64,000 bases of DNA from Neoconidiobolus thromboides FSU 785 (lineage: Eukaryota; Fungi; Entomophthoromycota): positions 53,038 through 117,037 of the forward strand of contig MU626310.1 in assembly GCA_025603075.1 (NCBI GenBank). Reading direction: 5' to 3'. A program made the position numbers and the translations under genes. The notes below the pieces were generated by a model. That model searched no databases and was not told where the DNA came from. It worked only from the letters and a program-made list of their open reading frames with translations. Below are positions 51,771 through 64,000 of the stretch, piece by piece; the stretch's first letter is position 1; each line of letters begins with the position of its first letter.

Positions 51771-53205
51771 ATGGCCTTTATGAGGTTTATAGAATTAATG
51801 TTCTTATTGATAATGATTTTAAAAGCTTCAAATGGCTCAGATGCATCAGCATTAGTTATAGGTAATGGTGGAAAATTGATGATAGTATCTATGTGTTTGG
51901 TGGATTTTTCATATCAGATCTTAAGGCTGAAAGCAATAAAAGAGAAATTTATGAAGAAGACTTGAATAGTGGGGTTTATAAATTAGATCTCAAAGATGGG
52001 ATAGAGTCAAATGATAATCAAATGATAGTCAAATGATAGTCAAAAAGCAAACTGGGAGTTCGACCTATTTAAAATCATGCGTTAAACACATTGTTTTATC
52101 ATAGTACCATTAGATTCTCTAGTAACTCTGAAATTTTTTTAATGATAGAGGGGATATTTACATCGCTTGAAGAGTTCGTAAAGATATTTGATACTAAAAC
52201 TAAAACCTGGAAAGTAGGTTTTAACGGAAGTCAATTTTTTAAAAATCTAAACTTTACAAAGTCAAGCAATTATACAATAAATTATGGATCTAGTGAAGCA
52301 AGATTAGTCTAGAATGATTTAAATCTAGATGAGTTAGTTATATTTGGTGGACAGTACTATCCCGCTAAAAGATCAAATGGAATCAAAACTGGGTATTGTC
52401 CTGGATTGATAATTTATAATATCAAAAATGATGAATGGAAAACTGTTGGAGAAAAGAGTGGACATTTAATTAGTGGTCACAATTCAGTTGTACATAATGG
52501 GAATTTAATAATATTTGGAAGTATAGATAGGCTCTATGACAGCTATATTGAATTCAATAATATTCCAAGCTTTGATATCAAAAATGAGAAATGGTACAAT
52601 CAAACTACAGTATAAGAATTTCCAAAATAACTTATGGCTCTAGTTTAAAAAAAGTTGATAGCTTGTTTATATACTAGGAGGTGCCAATATTGGAAACAAA
52701 AACGAAGTACAATTTATGGATAGTTCACTCTATGTTTTAAATTTAGATAATCTCAATTGGGAAAAACATTATGTCTCAGGGTTAATTATTTCTCCTTCAG
52801 GTTATTTGGAGTATTATAACGATCATTTGTTGTATAGTTTTGGGTTCCGTAGAGAAGTTTACTCAAAAATGCAAATAATCAATTTAAACAATTATACATT
52901 AGTAAATCAGATACCTTCAGTAGAAGAAATAGAAATTTTAAAGCCAAAAGTCAAGTACCTGTTATTGTTGGTGTCTCAGTTGGTGGTTTCTTAATTGGTG
53001 GATTTATTGAGGTTGTTTTATTATTTATATTATTACAACTTTTGTACAAGAAATCCCAAAGGTATTATATTCTGAAAAAAATACCTTTGGGGATATTCCT
53101 GAGCCAACTCATAATATGGTTTTTGTTGTCAAGGATTCTAATTTTTCACTTAAAAATGATAACACTGAATTTAATACTACGGTAAAAATTGAATCAAAGC
53201 CATAG
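51771..53205 (+). pseudogene. Decayed signal peptide + kelch propeller + TM gene (copy B)
   Basis: Signal-like start; kelch motifs IYVFGG, LVIFGG, LIIFGS, YNIKNDEWK, FDIKNEKW; TM-like VIVGVSVGGFLIGG; in-frame stops and frameshifts. Confidence 0.7.
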
Positions 53206-54043
53206 AATATTATATTAGTATTGTTAGTTTTTTTACTGGAATGTTTTCTTCTCACAGCTATTTTTTACTTTTCGAGCTTATTGAACAACTTATTAATGGA
53301 ACAAATGATAAAGAATTATTTACTCCAATTTTTGAAAGTTTATATAATTGAAGTTAACAGATTAAACATTATCATCAATAGTTTATCTTTTATATCATAA
53401 TTGTGAGTAATAGTTTTATAACTTTTAACTATAGTGAATCATTTTAATCTTTCAAATGAATTGTGTAAAGTTTGGTGATTTGTAATAATATCATATTTAT
53501 TTTATGATAGAATTGTTGTTAAATTAGCCTATATTAACACGGATTATTAAAATAAAGTAAATTAGACTAATTTAAAAAGAATGTAATTAAATCAAGTTTA
53601 TTGAGTGTCATATATGTAATAATTTATCAAATTTCTATAATTTTTTATCAATTCTATTAATTCTAAACTATACCTCTTGCATTTCTATTGCGACCTAAAT
53701 AACCTCTCATTTAAGAATAAATTTGCGAAAATCATACCCAACTTTATAGGCCAAGCTCGAAAAACCAGATATGCAAACAATTGACTCTAAAAGCCACTGC
53801 AAATTAAATCGTAGTACAATTGTAGTGACCGTATTTAGTCACTATTAACAAAACAATGCCAACCAAAATTCACACCATGCAACGATCCAAATATAGAATC
53901 CACTTACTTAATCAATAGTTAGTTCTTAATTACCCAATCAGAGCATGTTTTAGTGTTCATTTTTATGGTACACTTTACCTAATGCAGGGGAGTTGCTATA
54001 AAATTAAATTACAAACTCAACAATAATTTTTTTCATATTCAGA

Positions 54044-54844
54044 ATGGGCTTTATAAAATTAAAGAAATTTTTTGGTAACAAGAATAACAAATTAGATGGC
54101 GATACAACGATAATAGGTCGTTCAAAATCCTTAAGATTAGTAAGGTCTCATCAAACAGAACAAATTATTGAAAACAATACTATTATATACGCCGAACCTT
54201 CACCCAGTAGTGTGCCACCATCTCCAGCAGCACCCAGTTTCAATCAAAAGCTTACTCGAGAGGAACGTGGTAGTTTTGTAAAGGCAGTGAATACAGTTAA
54301 GAAATTGAGTCATAGTAATAGTGAAGCTGCATTCAGTGCTTTTTTCCCAGAAAACGTGTGCCAAAAAAGAGCTATCTTTATGTTGGTTCACTTAAAAAAG
54401 CAAGTATTTTGTCCACTTTTAAACTCTAAAAGCCCGAATTTAATTGCACCTCTATTAGCGACTATCGGAGACCGATTGTTTACTTTGTTTTATATTATTA
54501 AGGTACTTAAGCCAGGAGAAGTTAGGTCAACAGCAATGGCGGAAGCTCAAAATTTAGTCAAAGCTTCCGGGCTAAATCCTCAAATATGTGGAACGAGAGA
54601 AACAGCATTTGCAGTCTACTTTGCTTTACAAACTATAAATAATAGTTTTTTTATGGATGACGAATTAAAAGGAAAAGTGTTAGAAAAAAGTAATGAGTGT
54701 TTAAAAAGTTGTATTGAAAAAGAGTTAAAGTTATCCGAAAGCGAAAAGGAATCTATGTATGTATTTCAACAAGTTATGTCTGGCTTTCATTTTACTACCC
54801 CTAAGCTGTTATTAGACGAGTATTCCGAAAAAGCTCAAAATTAA
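54044..54844 (+). CDS. Hypothetical 266-aa protein, intronless
   Basis: Long open frame in AT-rich DNA with a good A-rich ATG context. No family recognised with confidence. Confidence 0.7.
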   Translation: MGFIKLKKFFGNKNNKLDGDTTIIGRSKSLRLVRSHQTEQIIENNTIIYAEPSPSSVPPSPAAPSFNQKLTREERGSFVKAVNTVKKLSHSNSEAAFSAFFPENVCQKRAIFMLVHLKKQVFCPLLNSKSPNLIAPLLATIGDRLFTLFYIIKVLKPGEVRSTAMAEAQNLVKASGLNPQICGTRETAFAVYFALQTINNSFFMDDELKGKVLEKSNECLKSCIEKELKLSESEKESMYVFQQVMSGFHFTTPKLLLDEYSEKAQN

Positions 54845-55117
54845 GTTACTCTTCTAGTTATCCTTCTTTATTTACTAACCTTAAAATTCATTTATATACA
54901 CAATAGTTTTATCTTATGTTCAAAGTATTTTAACTGTTTTAATCATTTTAACTTCTTTTATTCCCTAGGAAGCTGTTTAATATTTAGTAAAAGTTGCTTT
55001 AATCTGATAATTATATTTACAAGTTTTCTATCTTTTAATTTAAAAAATTAAATACAAAAATCATCATAATACATATTATGTAATAATTTAGACTGCTTTT
55101 AATAAAAATAGTAGCAG

Positions 55118-57391
<2,274 letters not shown>

Positions 57392-57934
57392 GCTTTTTTT
57401 ATATTACTCTGTCAAGCTTTTAACTAAAATTATGACATCACATTTCGGCTATAGCAGCCTTTTGGTTATAAAAATTATTTTGTATTAATAATTATTATTG
57501 AGAGCTAAGCTTGCTTATATTATATCTTTTTCTTAGCTGTTAGGCTTTTAAGAATATAATATTATATTAATCATTCATATATATATAGTTTTTACCTATC
57601 AAATATATATTATTAAAGTATTACTTTGTGCTTGATTATCATTAATTTTTATAGGGTAACTTTAACTTTTTAAGAAAATTAATATTGTAATAGTAATCTA
57701 TGAAAGGTGTAAAATAATCAAATATCGTGTATAATTTATTCCAAGTATTTTTTTAAGGTAAGGTAAGGGTATTATAAATTATGGTTTACTATACTAGTTT
57801 TACTAAAACTTTAATTTGTTGATACAACGTAACTTTAAGGGAACAATTAGGAGTTTAAACTAGAGCCAATTATATTTTTAAAAATAATATAAAAAAACCA
57901 AAAAAACCTAAATTGCAATTTTCAATAAAATTAC

Positions 57935-59445
57935 ATGGATTTATTTACAAGTTTAGTAAGCGATAGTCTCATATCAGTATTTGGGGGATGTTTGCCTAGT
58001 TCTCTAATTATCAATGTAAACAACAAAAGTTTCCGTGTTTTAAAATTATTAGGCGAAGGGTAATGCTTTTACTATTTAAATTTTAACATATCAGATAAGG
58101 CTACTTTATTATTGATTTACAATAAAGTAACAATAGCTAAAAATACAACTTATAGTGGGTTCAGTACCGTGTATTTAGTAAGGGATATGGAAAGTGGTAA
58201 TTTATATGCAGTCAAAAAGATATTCTGTGCCAAAAGTGATCCAGAAGCTTTTCAGGTAGCTTTTAGAGAAGTAGAAATTAACAAGTTATTTGTACACAAT
58301 AATATTGCTAAAGTTTTGGTAATTACAGGTTCAATTAGTATTTATAATCAGATATTAATTGAATATTTAGGATGTGTGTGTTGACAATCAAGAAGACGGT
58401 AGTAGAATAGTGTATATCTTCTTTGATTATTATCAAGTAAACATACTAGTATTTAAGAGACAAACCTAATTAATAAAACAACGATAGAATGGAAGCTTAC
58501 AAGATCTTATTGAAAATAATACAAAAAATAACACCAATTTAGACGAAAAAAAGATTATAGAATATTTCTTACCAATATGTGATGCAATAAAGCAGATGCA
58601 TAGCTATCAGCTTCCTATTATTCCAAATAGTAACTCACCTCAAGACGAGCTTAATTCCACTATGGACGTCAGTGTGTTGATTCAATCTAGTGAGGAATCT
58701 TCGAACAAAAAAGATACTTTTATACCATATGCTCATAGGGATATCAAGCCTGGGTAAGTTTATAAATATTAGTAATAGGTTTTAGACATAGTAAATGATA
58801 TTTAGAAATATAATGCTAAATAATAAGAACCAACCAATTTTAATGGATTTTGGCTCAGCTGAAAAAGCGCGTATCTCTTGTAAAACAAGACAACAAGCAT
58901 TAGCAGAACAAGTAATTAAAATATTTGCATTTTGACTGTTTTTAATTGTTGATAGGAAAAAGCAGCCAAATATTCCACTATGACATACAGAGCACCAGAA
59001 TTGTTTGATGTCGAAGTAGGTCAACAAATTGATGAAAGCGTTGACATTTGGGTTAGTTTTACTATTTACAATGAAGTCAAAAATACTGATTAAAGGTTTA
59101 TAGTCGTTAGGTTGCTTGTTATATGCACTAGCCTACGGTTATTCGCCCTTTGATTTTAGTGCTACAGAAGCTGGAGGTTCAACAGCTATTGCGGTGATGA
59201 ATGGGAAATACACCATTCCTGCTGGAAACAAGTAAATTTTGATATAACTATTTGCTATAATTTCCAACTCATTTGGTTTAGATATTCTGATGAGTTTGTA
59301 AAATTGATTAGTTATTTATTAAATACGGAGAATAAAAGTCGAGCAAATATCAATGAAGTAATCAGACTAATAACGATATAGCATGTAATTTATTTTGGAT
59401 TTTTAGGTTATTGAAAAGGTTCAAGCTCATCTTTCTAGACTTTAA
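57935..59445 (+). CDS. ENV7: NAK-family kinase Env7/STK16, multi-exon
   Basis: FRVLKLLGEG-GFSTVYLV, YAVKKI, YAHRDIKPG, LMDFGSA, TMTYRAPELFDV, VDIWSLGCLLYALAYGYSPF. Confidence 0.88.
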
Positions 59446-59677
59446 TATATTATTTAATTTTGTTCATTACTCTCATTTTATATTTCATGTTATTTTATTT
59501 TTTATTTTAGATTTTGATAAAAATTTATTAAATAAATCAGTATATTAAATTTTATTGTAAAAATGAACAATAGTAGTTAAAAGAATACAAAGAAGGTTAA
59601 AGCTATAAAATATCAATAAAGTATTAAACTTCACACTTAATAATTAATAGGAATAACATTGAGTTAGTCGATCCCAC

Positions 59678-60874
59678 TTAAAAAAAACTATGACGGTTTC
59701 TATTTTTCGCTATATCTGCTTCCATTTCTTCTTTAGTTTTAACACGAACTGAAGCGTTATTGTGAGTAGCCACTAATCTTTCTAAAGCCATTGGAGGTTC
59801 TACTAATAAATGAGGAGAGATCGTAAATGAAGCTAGTAAATCTCTAGTACTTATTGTATTACTTAAGGGGATATATTCCACTTGTTTTTGATTATTATCT
59901 AGATTTAAATGAAGGTCTAGCAAAGTAGTACCATTTTGATCTATTATTTGCTCTTTCATTCGGTTTAAACTCTGTTGATATGCTGTTACATTATATCGAC
60001 TTAACCTTAATTTTTTACTATCTCTTTTTTCAATACAATTGGTAATGATGTTTTGTAAATATGTTTCTAATCCATGTAAAATTACTTCGGATACTCCTTC
60101 CTCAGCCCCGCCACTTAAACCATTCTCCAATGCCATTGCATTCGCTTTTAATTGTAATCCTTCTGAAGTTGGAAAAGCTTTACTTTCTATACATAATGGC
60201 ATATCTACTCCTGAGTGATATTCTCCTGGGTCTATTTTAATTACATACATTAGCAAAGAATCCTAAAATTATTGAAAAATGGGTTACTCTCAGCTGTCAA
60301 AGGTAAAATAGTTGGAAAGTAAGGTGCATTAGTTTCGTGCTCATTTTCAGTAGATAAAGACTAAAAAATAAAGTTATACTTCAATATCAATAAATAAAGG
60401 AACTACTTAATTTACCTGTTTCAGTTTAACTCTTTCTCTCCAACTCCTTCCTAAATTTTTTATTATCTCTTTTAATTCCAATTGACTTATTTTTTCCAAC
60501 TCTTCCTTTGTTGGTCTCTTACGCTTTGATAAAGTTAAACTATTAGTCAGCCCTTCTTTTAATTGGTTTTGACTATTAGATAATGTTATGCTTTCGGACT
60601 GACTAGTAGCTTTAATACAACTTATTATAAATGAGTTATGTAGCTTTGCTGATCAAAAGTAATCAATACATATATATAAATCAGTTAAAACTTTACCTTT
60701 ATTTTTTGGTAAGATTTGTTTGATGCTAAAATAATAAGCGTTTAGATTTATTTTACCAGTTAGATATTCTGTCGTTCTTTTCCAATATACATCTTTATTA
60801 TTTTTTAATACTGCATCTAGTTTTGTTTTGTATTTAGCTATCTGCTCTCGGTATTCATGCAATTTATTCTCCAT
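59678..60874 (-). CDS. HFI1: SAGA subunit Ada1/Hfi1/TADA1-like, multi-exon
   Basis: YW...YLTGKI and LHNSFIISCI in the N-terminal region; histone-fold region PLCIESKAFP...AMALENGL...GLETYLQNII. Confidence 0.75.
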
Positions 60875-61419
60875 TTTAAATTTCTTTGTTAAAAGTGGCT
60901 TTAAAAAATGATTCAATCAATTTACTATAAAAAATTGTAAGTGATAATTTCGTTTTTCTGTGCATCAATTCTTAGCTGAAATTTTAAAAAAGGAATGTAA
61001 AATAGCAAAATTAACAATAACATGCAAAGTAAATTTCTGAAAATGAATTTATTATAGCTTAATTTTACAACTTTGATTCTTTAGATAAGTAAAACAATCC
61101 ATTAATTTTCACTACGGTACACTAAGTCATTGTATGCCCGTACTATAAAAATGAATAAAATTAAAGTAAATAAATTATGATGTAAATACCTTGTAAAGTG
61201 CATATGCCTCTGCATGGGCTTTTATCAATCGAGGCAACAGGTATTAGGGTATTTCTCTGAGTTATTCCGCTCAAATACAGAAATAGGGTATCTACTAATA
61301 AATAAAAATAAACAATTACTTATATAATTATAGTTATTTATGCTCCAGATGAGCAATGACTAATTCATTATAAAGATAAGCTAAGTTTATGTTCACATCA
61401 TTAATTAGAGTGAAGTTAC

Positions 61420-61717
61420 CCTTTCAGCGTTATATATAGTGATATGTTTATCTTTTGATGAGGAAACAACAACACTACTTGGATGGAGCGCCCATCTAGC
61501 TTTATTGACACTTTTACTATGAGCATCGAAAGTTATAGTAGGATTATTACAAGACAAATGTCTAAAAAGGAGAAATTGATCCATTATATTGCCCTAGTTC
61601 CACTTGTAGATAAGCTTCTTAATCCCGAACTTTAATAGAATCGTCATCTAATCCAGTAGTCAAAGTATGCTCTAAATATGGATTGACATCAATGTTGTTT
61701 ATACTCCCTGATGTCAT
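61420..61717 (-). pseudogene. WD40 gene fragment (RBBP4/GRWD1-like) with an in-frame stop
   Basis: SINNIDVNPYLEHTLTTGLDDDSIKVRD* followed by PTITFDAHSKSVNKARWALHPSSVVVSSSKDKHITIYN. No upstream WD exons seen. Confidence 0.5.
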
Positions 61718-64000
61718 TTTTTCATACTAAATAATTTTATTAATTAAATGTAGTTTAGCTTTTGTTAATTTACTGTTTGAATCTTGTCAGCTCTTGGATT
61801 TCAATAAATAATTTGAGATTTGCTAGTTACCCCATAAAAATTTTCATTTTTATCACTTGATTTAACGTCTTCTATTAAGTTGGTACTGCTTTAATATTAA
61901 GCAAACATGTTTATTTGATCCCATTTTCTATACGTTTTTAGTTAGATGTAATCACTTTATTTATTGCTACTTTCTTGATTTGAATTTGTGCTATAGATTA
62001 TAATTATAGGTCTATTTCTATACAATCCTTGGCATGTTATCAACTTAATCTTACTAATAGTGTATTGAAATTTATTTATTTTTAACAAAAATACCATCAC
62101 CTTTTGTAAAAAACAAACCTCGAGTTAATTGAGCATTTGGACCATAAAAACTATAACGATTTAATATATAAGGCTATAAAATGGATATATAAACTAATAC
62201 CTAGTAATCAGTGGAGTATCTCGATTGAATCTTTTAATTTTATTAATTTTAATAACATTATCTGAGTTTTCAGTAAATGAAATAAACTCTTTTAAACTAT
62301 TTAAAAATACTATTTGATATTAAAGTACACTAACAAAGATTAATTTATCAAGTCACGGTGATGTCTACTTCTACTTCATAGCTTTTTCTTGAATTGAATT
62401 TCTAAAATCATGTTAATATTGTCAAAAACAAAAATAAAGATAAAAGCAAAATATCAATACCTTATTATCTATCCCTGCTGTCATTTCTCTTCCTGTAACC
62501 GCTTTAATATAGTATAGCCGTTTTTATCATATGCCATTTTATTTGAATCGATTGCAAATAGATTCAAACTGCTTTCTTTTAGTTAATCTAATTTGGTATT
62601 AAAATTAATAGCTGAGCCAAAATAAATTCTATTTTGTTTTAATATAATGAATTATTAATTGCTTAAATATAACTAAGATGCATCCTTATAGTCATTATAA
62701 TGTCCTTTAAACTTATCTTTAGCTTTATCTTTATCCAGCCAGTTAATAAAGAACTGATGACTATTTCTACCTTTGTATTCCACATTGCAAATATGTAGGT
62801 AACCATAAGGTAAGTGATAACTTTCAATCCAGGATTTATATTCTATCTATTTGTTATTATCAGCGTTAAAAATTATTCGACAACTCACTTCTTCCTGATC
62901 TACATTATATAATACATCTTCATCCTACAATATTAAATAAATATTTTGCCTCTACTCTCCTTTTTTATTAGTACCAATGAAGTGTTGTCATATCCTTTAG
63001 CCATTTAGTTTTAAAGTTTAGCTTTAAATAATAGATTATTTTGTATTTCTTGAATATTATTAATGGCTTACGTTTTAAATTCATAATGTAAACATACCAT
63101 TCTATAGTTTGTATTGACGAAATTCAATATTTGTGGATGAGTCAAAATAATAAAAGATGGATTTTTTTGATTTCATTAATTTTTATAATGATTGAACTTC
63201 ACTTTGGTTTCAGTTGATCTGATATAATCTCTATCACCGCATTTTTAAATAAGCTTTATTTTATGACTTGGTTGTAATTATTGTGTGTATTGGATATTAG
63301 ACTAAAAAAAGTGATGGTAAGTGATGTATAGGGACAAACTTGGCTGACTTGATTCCAGCTTATAGAATGCCGAAAAACTCTGACTCTAGGTAGTTTGTTG
63401 TCTATATACCACTTACGAACAGTAATTCAATAATATACTTCATTATATATTAATAAGAAATTTCACATTATAAAACTATGCATTATATTTATACTATAGG
63501 TTAGCGGAATTTTTATTAAACTTAATAGAAATTCCTGGATTAGTAAAGCTTTTACTAATGTAGCCTATATATTGATATTAATTAAAGTTGTAGTATGTAA
63601 ATAAATACATATAAAATTTTATTAAGAAAATTTTATTATTGACTGCTTTATAACTAACATTGCAAATTTACCATCAAATAAATAAATAACTTTAATGTTA
63701 TAATTATAGTATTAATATATTACTAAGTTAATATATAGTTGAATGGGAGGGAGTAACTAGCCCCAAAACTGTAAGTAATCATCATTATGTAATATAAACA
63801 ATATAACAATGGTTTTTATTTATCACTTTAATTAGTAATAACTTAAGTAATATCAACATTTAGTAATTTATTTTTATTATTTAGTAAAATACTTATTCAC
63901 TTAACAAATATTAAAAATACTTTTAATATCTTATATTTTTGATTTTTATATCTTGAAAAAATTATATTTATTTTATTACTATTAGTAATTAAATTGTTAA

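Noticed and set aside
62300-63420. GC-richer, ORF-like stretches on - (e.g. SWIESYHLPYGYLHICNVEY); similar patch at 12060-12620 on +
   Set aside because: Probably decayed genes, but no family was recognised and no continuous frame exists.

Overview
Eukaryotic, very AT-rich fungal genomic DNA with short (about 45-75 bp) GT-AG introns. Gene content (mitochondrial EF-Ts, SelO, Cla4, Cdc24, Ycs4, Sit4) and base composition suggest an early-diverging fungus, e.g. Zoopagomycota/Conidiobolus-like; this is inference only. Blocks of conserved housekeeping genes alternate with AT-rich islands (about 12-17, 24.6-28.9, 38.1-41.6, 48.4-54 and 61-64 kb) holding repeats and decayed genes. Highlights: (1) a ~100-bp MITE-like family with terminal inverted repeats (TIRs) and TA flanks, 20 copies in four clusters, showing CpG-type variation and two haplotypes; (2) a secreted His1 protein with an LPMO-like histidine-brace pattern plus a CBM52-like tail; (3) a mitochondrial acyl-carrier-protein paralog whose phosphopantetheine Ser is replaced (GLDGSD); (4) a Zrg17-like zinc transporter with a ~39-His N-terminal tail; (5) two tandem decayed kelch-TM genes. 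There is one 100-N assembly gap at 14034-14133. Exon boundaries were read by eye and no database searches were run.
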